From: Nanobdellota archaeon
GTDB taxonomy: Archaea; Nanobdellota; Nanobdellia; JAAOXT01
Length of the DNA: 64,000 nucleotides
Direction: 5' to 3'
NCBI GenBank assembly: GCA_018221045.1
Contig: JAAOXT010000017.1
Location: 6,356-70,355, forward strand
Shown in pieces: positions 56,245-64,000 of this stretch. Positions within the stretch are counted from its first letter, which is position 1; the number at the start of each line of letters is the position of its first letter. The notes below the pieces were generated by a model that was given only the letters and a program-made list of their open reading frames with translations, was not told where the DNA came from and ran no database searches. Both the position numbers and the translations under genes were made by a program.

Positions 56245-57225
56245 TTAGGCATGAACGGGAATTATTTTTTTGAAGTATTTCTTTAGAACTGTTAAGAATT
56301 TTTGGTTCATTTTTCTCGTGCCTATCCCGAGTCTGAGCCATTCAGGAAGGTCGTAAGCTACTTTGAGGGATATTTCTTGTTTTTGAAGCCATTCCCTGAG
56401 TTTCTCTCCTTTACCGACTTTTATGCATAGAAACGTTGTTCTCGAGTCATGTACCTGCAAGCCGAATTCTCTTATTTTTTCCGCCATATAATTTTTTTCT
56501 TCCTTGATTTTCTGCCAGTACTGGTGATAGTATTGTTCGTCTTTTATCGCTGACATCGCTGCTTCGACTGCAAGACTGTTGACCTCGAATTTGAAGTAAT
56601 TCTTGGTTTTTTCGATTATTTTAGGGTTGGCTATCGCGAACCCGAATCTTAGGCCTGCAAGGCCGTGGGTTTTTGAAAAGCTTCTGAGAACTATGAGGTT
56701 ATCATACTCTCTTACCCATGGAAGAACTGTTTCGCCGTGATAGTTAAAGTAGCATTCGTCAACGCAGACTAAACAATCGACGCTTTCAATTATTTTTCTC
56801 AGAATTGGGAGAGGTGCGTATCCTCCTGTCGGGTTGTTTGGGTTGGATAACCACAGGATTTTAGCGCCTTTGCAGGCGTTGATCACTTTTTCGTAGGGGA
56901 TTTGAAAATTGTTTTGGAAGCAGTCTACTTTTTCAATGAATACCTTGTTTCTAAGAGCTTGAACCGCATACATTGGAAAATCTGGTTTTAGGACGACAAC
57001 CTTGTCCCCCTCCTGCAGAAGGTCTTGTGATAGTATTGTTATCAGCTCGTTTGAGCCGTCGCCTACAAGAATCCAGTTTTCAGGATAGCCTGTGTATTCC
57101 TGAAGGGTTTGGTAGAGTTTTTCGTAGACGGGGTAATTGTTGACTTTTGAAGCGTTCTTTTTTATTGTTGAAATCACTAGTGGAGAGATGGGGAATTTGA
57201 ATTCGCACAATCTTAAGTCAAGCAT
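56245..57225 (-). CDS. histidinol-phosphate aminotransferase family PLP enzyme
   Basis: NPNNPTG, VDECY, RSFSKTHGLAGLRFG. Confidence 0.88.
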   Translation of the reverse strand: MLDLRLCEFKFPISPLVISTIKKNASKVNNYPVYEKLYQTLQEYTGYPENWILVGDGSNELITILSQDLLQEGDKVVVLKPDFPMYAVQALRNKVFIEKVDCFQNNFQIPYEKVINACKGAKILWLSNPNNPTGGYAPLPILRKIIESVDCLVCVDECYFNYHGETVLPWVREYDNLIVLRSFSKTHGLAGLRFGFAIANPKIIEKTKNYFKFEVNSLAVEAAMSAIKDEQYYHQYWQKIKEEKNYMAEKIREFGLQVHDSRTTFLCIKVGKGEKLREWLQKQEISLKVAYDLPEWLRLGIGTRKMNQKFLTVLKKYFKKIIPVHA

Positions 57226-57274
57226 TTAAGGGATTATATTATCGTACTTCGTATTATTTATTTGTTTTGCAGTT

Positions 57275-58453
57275 TTAACAGCAGTAGAGTTCTTCTGGTT
57301 TGCCTGGCTTGTTGCCGAAAGGGTTTCCTGTTCTGCGAATGTTCTGTATCATTTTCTTGTTCTTCGGGCTCTCAAGCATTGACCTTTTTTTTCTAATGAT
57401 TTTGAGTGCGTCAATCCTGACAGGACAGTTCTCTTTGCAAGCAAGGCAGGCCGTGCACGAGTACAGTTTCTTCCAATTTGTTTCTAATGCGAGCCCTTTT
57501 GGCCCGATATAATGGTTTCCAAAACCCGATAGTAATTGCTGGTAAGCCGGGCAATAATATAGGCAGGAACCGCAGCCCAAGCAAAGAAGTGCTTCGCTCA
57601 AACCTTTTTTTATCAAGTCTCGTCTCCCATTATCTAAGATTATTATGTGAACTTCTCTCGCTCCCTGCATCCCTGTCACCAATTTTTTCTGGACGTCAGC
57701 GGTCTTGCTCGGACCAGATATCACGTTCACGTAAGAAGCCATTCTTGACCCTGTTCCATAAATGGACAGCGCTTTCATGGTTTTCATGGCCTCCTCATTG
57801 CTCTCAACTATTTTGTCCAGGCTCGTGATTATCACATGTTTTTCAGGTATGCGGGACACGAGACCTATGTTACCTTCATTCTCCAGTATGAACACGCTTC
57901 CTTCACTCGTGACCGCGTTGGCCCCTGTTAACCCGACATCTGCTTCGAAGATTCTTGGACGGATTTGCTCGCGAACCCATTTCACGATGGCTTCAGGGGT
58001 GGCCTGAACTTCATCTTTTGTCTTCTCTTTTATTTTCTTCAATATTCGCTCAACACTTATAGCTATGGCTGGCGTGACAGGGTGTTCGGGTTCTTCATCG
58101 CACAGGCCGACTAAGTAGTCCCCGCAATCAGTTTCAATGACTTTGTTCTTTATTTTTTTTAGAAGTCCTGATTCCTTGATAACGTTGGACTTGCTCTTCG
58201 CAATCCTATCAGAAGGTTTCACTATTTTTTTGAATTGTTTTACGAGTTGAGCGGGTGTTCTAGCATGGTAAACTTGGAACCCGCTGGACTCCAAGTTTTT
58301 GACAGCTTTTTTCCACAATTGTTCAAGGTTTTTTATCGCGTTCTCCCTTATTGCTCGGAGTTCGTCCCGAAAAATTTCTTGGTCTATACCTTTCAACGCT
58401 TTTTTCTTGTTGGAAGCGTAAACTTTTTTGGCTGTTACGAGTTCTGGAATCAT
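57275..58453 (-). CDS. LutB/LldF-like LUD-domain iron-sulfur protein
   Basis: KSKSN, ETDCGD, HPVTPA, ENEGN, ISGPSKTAD, two 4Fe-4S motifs. Confidence 0.88.
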   Translation of the reverse strand: MIPELVTAKKVYASNKKKALKGIDQEIFRDELRAIRENAIKNLEQLWKKAVKNLESSGFQVYHARTPAQLVKQFKKIVKPSDRIAKSKSNVIKESGLLKKIKNKVIETDCGDYLVGLCDEEPEHPVTPAIAISVERILKKIKEKTKDEVQATPEAIVKWVREQIRPRIFEADVGLTGANAVTSEGSVFILENEGNIGLVSRIPEKHVIITSLDKIVESNEEAMKTMKALSIYGTGSRMASYVNVISGPSKTADVQKKLVTGMQGAREVHIIILDNGRRDLIKKGLSEALLCLGCGSCLYYCPAYQQLLSGFGNHYIGPKGLALETNWKKLYSCTACLACKENCPVRIDALKIIRKKRSMLESPKNKKMIQNIRRTGNPFGNKPGKPEELYCC

Positions 58454-59157
58454 TTGATTACCTCTATCAGTGCTTGACTGAATTCTTTCACTTTAACGGA
58501 AGGGTTATCAAGTCTTGCAGTGCATAACGGGCAAGTCGTGACAAGCATTTTGGCACGAGTTTTCTTAGCTTGTTTTAATCTTTCTTCGCTCATCTTGTCA
58601 CCCAGTTTTTTTCTGTTCGACGCGACTCCTGCTCCTCCACCACAGCATAGGGACTGGGCGTGGTGGTCTTGCATTTCGATTATGGTGTAACCCATTTTTT
58701 TAAGAATTGTTCTTGGGTCCTCGTAGAGTTGCGCGTACCTGCCGAGGTGGCAGGGGTCGTGATAAGTTACCCTGCCAGAAACTTTTTTGAGTTTCAGCTT
58801 ACCTTTCTTTATTGCTTTAAGCACAATAGTTGTTATGTACTCAACTTTCACGCCACGTTTTGGGAAGTGTTTCTCGTATTCTTTGAGCATGCCGTAGCAG
58901 GCCGGGCAGTTGGTGATTACTTTTTTGATTGAATAATCTTCGAATGTTTTAAGGTTTTTTTCAGCTAGTTTAAGGAAGTCTTTTTCGTAACCTGCGTTGA
59001 GTGGTGGGGACCCGCAACAAAATTGTTGTTCAAGCATGATGAAGTCGATTCCAGATTTCTCTAGAATTTTTTTGTAGTTATCTTCTATTTCAGGATAAAC
59101 TTTTTTGGTCAGGCATCCAGGAAAATACAGTGTGTTGCCTTTGAAAAGTTTGAACAT
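58450..59157 (-). CDS. CCG-domain Fe-S protein (LutA/HdrD-like)
   Basis: FPGC, CCG, CPAC, YHDPCHLGR, CCGGG, CPLC. Confidence 0.88.
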   Translation of the reverse strand: MFKLFKGNTLYFPGCLTKKVYPEIEDNYKKILEKSGIDFIMLEQQFCCGSPPLNAGYEKDFLKLAEKNLKTFEDYSIKKVITNCPACYGMLKEYEKHFPKRGVKVEYITTIVLKAIKKGKLKLKKVSGRVTYHDPCHLGRYAQLYEDPRTILKKMGYTIIEMQDHHAQSLCCGGGAGVASNRKKLGDKMSEERLKQAKKTRAKMLVTTCPLCTARLDNPSVKVKEFSQALIEVIK

Positions 59158-59158
59158 T

Positions 59159-60211
59159 TTAGAACCACCCTAATAGCATTCCTATTCCGAGGATTATCAT
59201 GAATGCTCCGAGAAGGAGTTTCATCCAGTTTCGTTTGCCCATCCTCCACTTCTCAAGTTTTTTCGTGCTCACTCCTACGTAAGCGAGCGCCATTATTATG
59301 AAGAGAGGTAAAACGAATATGATATTGTAGAGCATTAAATAAGGTATTGCCATGAAACCTGACCTTGCGAGCAAGCTTAAAATCGCGAGGTACACTCCTC
59401 CAGTGCATGGTAGCTCAAACATGGCTACGAGAAATCCCAAAACTATTGCTGCAGGCACGGTCGCTTTTCTTGAGAATTTAGAGATTATTCCTTTTCTGGA
59501 TTCAGGTATTTTGAGGCTTATTCCTTTCCCGTAGAAGAAGAAATCCTTCACGTTTATTATGCCGAAGATTATGGCTATCCAGGCCGCCACGTTATAAATA
59601 ATGAAGGTTAGCGAAGTTATTTTTTGTATGACCGTGAAGATCCCAATACCTGCGAGCAAGTACGTTATGAACACTGTTATAATGTAAACCGAACCTATCT
59701 TAATTATCTTTCTTCTGGAACCCAGAGAAATTATTGTTGAGAGAAGGAATATCATTACTGCGAAAGCGCATGGGTTTATGGAATCAATTATTGCTGCCGT
59801 GATGATTACGAAGAAAGTTAGCTCTTTTTGAGAGCTTGTGGTCCCGCCTTCTCCTCTTGACTGAATCATTCCTGACTGAATGCATTTTTCCACTTGTTCT
59901 GACAAGTTATTAATTATTATTCCTGGCCCCTGCAAATAACCTCTTTCCCCGTTACAGGTTATGATTATTAGCGGAACGCCATCATTGATTCCGAACTCGT
60001 CTAAAACGTTCAAATACTTCAAAGTATTAGTCTGGTTTCTTGATATTTCAAGTTCTGTCAAGTTGGGAATGTTGTTAAGGATTTGGGATGTTTGAACGTA
60101 AGCGCAACCATGGCATCCTAGCAAATGATAGAATTCTATGCTGACCATGTTATCCGCCAAGACTGGCGTGAAAACTAGTAAAAACGTTATTAGTGTTAAT
60201 TGTTTTCTCAT
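59159..60211 (-). CDS. CcdA/DsbD-like membrane protein with exported thioredoxin-fold domain
   Basis: Signal peptide, CHGC, DSINPCAF, ELPCTGG. Confidence 0.85.
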   Translation of the reverse strand: MRKQLTLITFLLVFTPVLADNMVSIEFYHLLGCHGCAYVQTSQILNNIPNLTELEISRNQTNTLKYLNVLDEFGINDGVPLIIITCNGERGYLQGPGIIINNLSEQVEKCIQSGMIQSRGEGGTTSSQKELTFFVIITAAIIDSINPCAFAVMIFLLSTIISLGSRRKIIKIGSVYIITVFITYLLAGIGIFTVIQKITSLTFIIYNVAAWIAIIFGIINVKDFFFYGKGISLKIPESRKGIISKFSRKATVPAAIVLGFLVAMFELPCTGGVYLAILSLLARSGFMAIPYLMLYNIIFVLPLFIIMALAYVGVSTKKLEKWRMGKRNWMKLLLGAFMIILGIGMLLGWF

Positions 60212-60277
60212 TAAGTATTTCCTTTGGCGTGAAACAATATTTAAATATTTGTTTCAGATATTGAAACTAAGAGTTTT

Positions 60278-60582
60278 ATGAAGGAAGGACTGTTATTGAT
60301 GACGGTTATCACTGGCCTTGTTTTCTGATAAGAAGAAGAAAACAAAAGATCTGAATCTTTTGTTCTCAGTTTTGTCAGGGGATGAAGAAAAACTGGCTAA
60401 AATCTTGGCAGAATAATGGAGGGGTTTTGAAGCAGTCCGAGCTGGTCAGGGTTTCTGGTTTGAGCGGGGTGAAGGTTAGCAGACTGGTTGATAAGATGAG
60501 TAAGAAAATTGTTGATAAGGAAACAAAAGGAAAGATTAACATAATAAAATTAAAAGAAGTTTTTCAAAAAAATTTAGTTTAG
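60278..60582 (+). pseudogene. frameshifted membrane-anchored winged-helix protein
   Basis: LSGDEEKLAKILAE* continues after one extra T as NGGVLKQSELVRVSGLSGVKVSR; a second break near 60326. Confidence 0.65.
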
Positions 60583-60971
60583 TCTAAGAATTTTTTGATT
60601 ATTTCAGCCATTATTTTGAGTTCGTTTGAATCCGCTCTCTTAGCCCTGCTCGGGTCAAGTTCTCCTGCCCCAAATATTGGGATTAAGTGGACGTGCGCGT
60701 GAGGCACTCCGAACCCTTCTACTACCACACCTATTTTTTTGGCGCCAGTAGCTTTCTTGAGCGGAACAGCTAATCTCTTGGCTTTCAGGAATAGTTCTGA
60801 ATACTCCTTGTCTGATAAGTCAAAAATGTATTCTTCATGTTTTTTAGGGATTACCAGTGTGTGCCCAGGGTTCAGCGGGTTAGCGTCTAGAAAAGCCAAG
60901 TGTTTGTCATCTTCCCACACTTTATGCGCAGGGATTTCATCGTTTATTATTTTGCAGAAAATGCAGTTCAT
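60579..60971 (-). CDS. HIT family protein
   Basis: CIFCKII, GHTLVIPKKH, HAHVHLIP. Confidence 0.95.
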   Translation of the reverse strand: MNCIFCKIINDEIPAHKVWEDDKHLAFLDANPLNPGHTLVIPKKHEEYIFDLSDKEYSELFLKAKRLAVPLKKATGAKKIGVVVEGFGVPHAHVHLIPIFGAGELDPSRAKRADSNELKIMAEIIKKFLD

Positions 60972-61038
60972 GGCATTTAATTATAAGTGGTCAGGTTATA
61001 AAATTTTTTATAAATACCTATTCTTTATTGTTATCATC

Positions 61039-61356
61039 ATGAATTTTGAAAAATTATCTAAAAGAATCAATGAATTGGAGAACAAAGTCAGGCAAAAATT
61101 ACCTCACGACCATCCGCAAATCATTTGCGCTTTGAAAGCGGTTGAAGAACTCGGCGAGGTCTCCGACCTTCTGGTCAGGAAATGGGTTGGGAGCCGAAAA
61201 GGAAAAGAGTTAGGGGCTGAAGAATTCAAGCAGAGGCTCGGCGAAGAGTTAAGTGACGTCATCATTCCTTTAATTCAAATAGCAACTTTTTATGGTATTG
61301 ATTTGGAAACAGCTATTGAAGAAAAAATAAGTGTGCACTTTAAGAATTGGGATTAA
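61039..61356 (+). CDS. MazG-like nucleotide pyrophosphohydrolase
   Basis: EELGEV...EELSDV; start trimmed to ATG 61039. Confidence 0.85.
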   Translation: MNFEKLSKRINELENKVRQKLPHDHPQIICALKAVEELGEVSDLLVRKWVGSRKGKELGAEEFKQRLGEELSDVIIPLIQIATFYGIDLETAIEEKISVHFKNWD

Positions 61357-61395
61357 CAAATGTTTTTAAAACAAGGCAAGTAATTAAAAAAGTAA

Positions 61396-63057
61396 ATGAT
61401 ACTCCTCGAATTGAAAGCCCGGGACGCTGGTGGCAGGATTTGCAAAGCCATAATAAATGGTAAAGAATTGGAGACTCCTGCGTTCTTACCCGTTATTAAC
61501 CCGAGAATTGACACGATTCCCGTTAAAGAATTGAAGGAGTTGGGCGTTCAAGCCTTGATAACTAATGCTTATTTCTTGTTGAAAAATCATGAGGACGAAC
61601 TGAAAAAGGGGGTTCACGACTTCTTAGGTTTTGACGGTGTAGTAATGCTGGACAGCGGAGCTTTCCAATTGATGCGTTACGGCAGCGTGAACGTCACGAA
61701 CCGTAAAATCATTGAGTTCCAGAAGAAGATTAAGCCAGACATTGGAGTAATCCTTGATGTGCCGGTAGCAAAACCTTCTCGAGAGGATTTCGAGCACGGG
61801 GTTAAAGAAACTTTAAAGCGCGCCAAGGAATGGAAAAAATTGGGTAAAGGAAGCGTTAACTGGGCTGGACCAGTGCATGGAGGTCCTTATGAAGACTTGT
61901 TGAAAAAAAGTGCTGTGCAAATGAGCAAGCTCGGCTTCGACATGTATTGTGTGGGCTCGCTCGTCCCAGCCATGGAAGAATATGATTTCAAGAGGATGGT
62001 TGACCAAGTTATAACCGCTAAAAAGAATTTGCCGTCCAACGTTCTGGTCCACGCTTTCGGCGCCGGACACCCCATGGTAATGCCCTTACTCGCCCTGCTC
62101 GGAATCGACTTGTTTGATTCCGCGAGTTACGCCATATTCGCCAAGGAAAATAGGTACATAACTGAAAGAGGAACTATTAAACTGAAGGATTTGCGAGAAT
62201 TTCCCTGCAACTGCCCTTCCTGCTTCAACAAGAAGCCTGAAGACTTAAAAGAGCCGGGTTTAGCGAGGCATAACTTGTATGTTATCTTGGCGGAGGTTCG
62301 CAGGATTAAACAAGCAATCCACACTGGAAGGTTGTGGGAACTCGTGCTGGAAAGAGCCATGGTTCACCCTGCTTTGCTGGAAGCCACCAAGCATGTCTTG
62401 GAAAATCATTACGAATACTTTTTGGATAAGGACCCTTTGACCAAGCGAAAAGCTTTCTTTTACGCTGGAGAGGTTTCGAGCTACAGGCCAGCCATCGTCA
62501 GAGCTAGCCAAAAATTTCCTGGCCAAGTGCCTTCAGCTTTAAGGATTGTTTATCCTTTCGGCCAGTTTGAAGGAGAACAAGTGTTCGATTTTGATGACGA
62601 GTTGTACACCGAACTGGAAACTTTGCGTTTAATAGGGGATTATTGGTTCGGCAAAAGTGCAGGAAAAAAATTGTTTCCCAAAAAGTGTTGGATAAAGTAC
62701 ACTCGAACTGGCAGGATTCACCAAGTCTTTCTAAATGAAGATTTGTTAGGAGTGCTTAGGACGAGTGACGGGTACTTCGCTCTGCACAGGGCGGGCGCGT
62801 TGAGGTTGAAGACTAAATTGAAGAAAGTTGTTGTCAAAAAAGACGCAGAATCCTTCGTGCTGGAGGGCAGGAACGCGTTGGCTAGGTTCGTGAAAAAAGT
62901 TGGTAAAGGGGTTTTGCCAGGGGATAGCGTGCTGGTCACGAATTCTCGCGGCAAATTTTTGGGGGTGGGTGAAGCCCTGCTTAACAGCGAGGAAATGCTG
63001 GAATTCAACTACGGGAACGCTGTCAAAGTCAGGGAAGGTTTTGAGAAACCTGTGTGA
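61396..63057 (+). CDS. tgtA: archaeosine tRNA-guanine(15) transglycosylase with C-terminal PUA domain
   Basis: ETPAFLPVINP, DSGAFQ, FGAGHP, DLFDSASY, CNCPSC, HNLY. Confidence 0.95.
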   Translation: MILLELKARDAGGRICKAIINGKELETPAFLPVINPRIDTIPVKELKELGVQALITNAYFLLKNHEDELKKGVHDFLGFDGVVMLDSGAFQLMRYGSVNVTNRKIIEFQKKIKPDIGVILDVPVAKPSREDFEHGVKETLKRAKEWKKLGKGSVNWAGPVHGGPYEDLLKKSAVQMSKLGFDMYCVGSLVPAMEEYDFKRMVDQVITAKKNLPSNVLVHAFGAGHPMVMPLLALLGIDLFDSASYAIFAKENRYITERGTIKLKDLREFPCNCPSCFNKKPEDLKEPGLARHNLYVILAEVRRIKQAIHTGRLWELVLERAMVHPALLEATKHVLENHYEYFLDKDPLTKRKAFFYAGEVSSYRPAIVRASQKFPGQVPSALRIVYPFGQFEGEQVFDFDDELYTELETLRLIGDYWFGKSAGKKLFPKKCWIKYTRTGRIHQVFLNEDLLGVLRTSDGYFALHRAGALRLKTKLKKVVVKKDAESFVLEGRNALARFVKKVGKGVLPGDSVLVTNSRGKFLGVGEALLNSEEMLEFNYGNAVKVREGFEKPV

Positions 63058-63119
63058 AAATCTAATAGAAGAAAATAAAAAGAAAGAAAGAGATAACGTT
63101 TTATCTGATTCTTATTAGT

Positions 63120-63764
63120 TTAGTACTTTCCGAGACCTGCCCCTGCTGGTGACACGTATTGCTGTCCGTGTAATCCTGCACAAGGATCGTTCTCTACTTG
63201 CTGGATGATTGCAAAAGCTCCCCAGATTACTTCACCGATTTCTACGCCATCTGCTGTGTACCACACACTATCTGTCTTTACAGCATCTGCTGGGACTGCA
63301 ACAATCTTCACAAAGTAGTTCCACTTGCAAGTCTCACCATTCAATTCGTATTCCCCGCTCTGATGGTTAGTCAACCAAGCGCCTGAACCGATATAACTGT
63401 CGTAGCCATAGTATCTATCCAACAAATCATTATCGTCACAATCTTTGTTGCTTAACCACGCGTCGTTCCATTTCATGGCCAACTTAACGTCTACATACTG
63501 TTGGCACCACTCAGCGTTCCTGTACGCGTCACAGTAATATCCGTTAAACATGTTTCCTTGGTAGTTGTATCCCCACTCGTCGAAACCAGTTGTGATTACT
63601 CGTCCATCTGATGTTAACAAAGTCCCGTCTTGAATGGTTGTGCATGATTTTGCTGTTCCTTCACCGTGTTTGCCTTTATCGGCAGAAACAACGCCAATAG
63701 CTGTTAGCATTACCAAGCCAAAAACCAAACCTGTTAAATACAAAAAGTTTTTTTTCTTTTTCAT
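63120..63764 (-). CDS. secreted Cys/Trp-rich hypothetical protein
   Basis: N-terminal signal peptide; DCDDNDLLD Ca-binding-like loop. Confidence 0.7.
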   Translation of the reverse strand: MKKKKNFLYLTGLVFGLVMLTAIGVVSADKGKHGEGTAKSCTTIQDGTLLTSDGRVITTGFDEWGYNYQGNMFNGYYCDAYRNAEWCQQYVDVKLAMKWNDAWLSNKDCDDNDLLDRYYGYDSYIGSGAWLTNHQSGEYELNGETCKWNYFVKIVAVPADAVKTDSVWYTADGVEIGEVIWGAFAIIQQVENDPCAGLHGQQYVSPAGAGLGKY

Positions 63765-63904
63765 TTGATATAACCTCTATTAATTGGTATATCTTTATCT
63801 GTATGACCTCTATTAAATTAATTTGTATAATTCTTACCAATAATGAATTAAGATTAAGTCATTATTTAAAATAAAAAAAAAATTAAAGAAAAGAATAATT
63901 AATT

Positions 63905-64000
63905 TTATTCTTCTTCTGCAAAAGCTTTAATTGCTTCAATGTTTTCAACGATTAACTTGGCTTTTGTTTTGCCGAAACTAAAAGGGTACTTTGAGTCGTT
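63905..64000 (-). CDS. 3' end of a small hypothetical protein (partial)
   Basis: NDSKYPFSFGKTKAKLIVENIEAIKAFAEEE*. Confidence 0.6.
   Translation of the reverse strand, partial: NDSKYPFSFGKTKAKLIVENIEAIKAFAEEE

Noticed and set aside
60739-61038. Long N-terminal extension of the MazG-like ORF
   Set aside because: Antisense to the HIT gene; a TATA box supports ATG 61039
1-64000. CRISPR array, cas genes, rRNA, integrase
   Set aside because: No regularly spaced direct repeats or such coding/rRNA motifs were seen by eye; the many other short antisense ORFs in the track are shadows of well-supported genes

Overview
Gene-dense archaeal chromosome segment. It encodes TBP, aIF2-gamma, aIF5B, pelota, S6e, L7Ae, S28e, L24e, archaeal ProRS/GluRS and arcTGT, and two of its three tRNAs carry bulge-helix-bulge (BHB)-type introns. 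Compact intergenic regions and TATA boxes about 25-30 nt before many start codons suggest a DPANN-like lineage (inference). Most of the window is housekeeping: translation, lower glycolysis/gluconeogenesis, nucleotide metabolism and tRNA modification. The tRNAs are Leu-TAA and Glu-CTC (both with introns) and Cys-GCA. The most interesting signals lie outside the ORF track: (1) a 2.9-kb element with 32-bp GGGG-starting terminal inverted repeats inserted 10 nt beyond tRNA-Glu, resembling a non-autonomous or decayed casposon; (2) a promoter-bearing ~93-nt RNA folding as a perfect four-way junction with one GAAA and two cUUCGg loops; (3) an 18-codon ORF ending in four Cys codons upstream of a tRNA-Cys-cysS unit, a candidate cysteine-sensing leader peptide; (4) an apparent RaSEA-ArcS fusion; (5) a LAGLIDADG intein in EndoQ; (6) a K-turn in the L7Ae leader. 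All family assignments come from motif recognition by eye; no searches were run.
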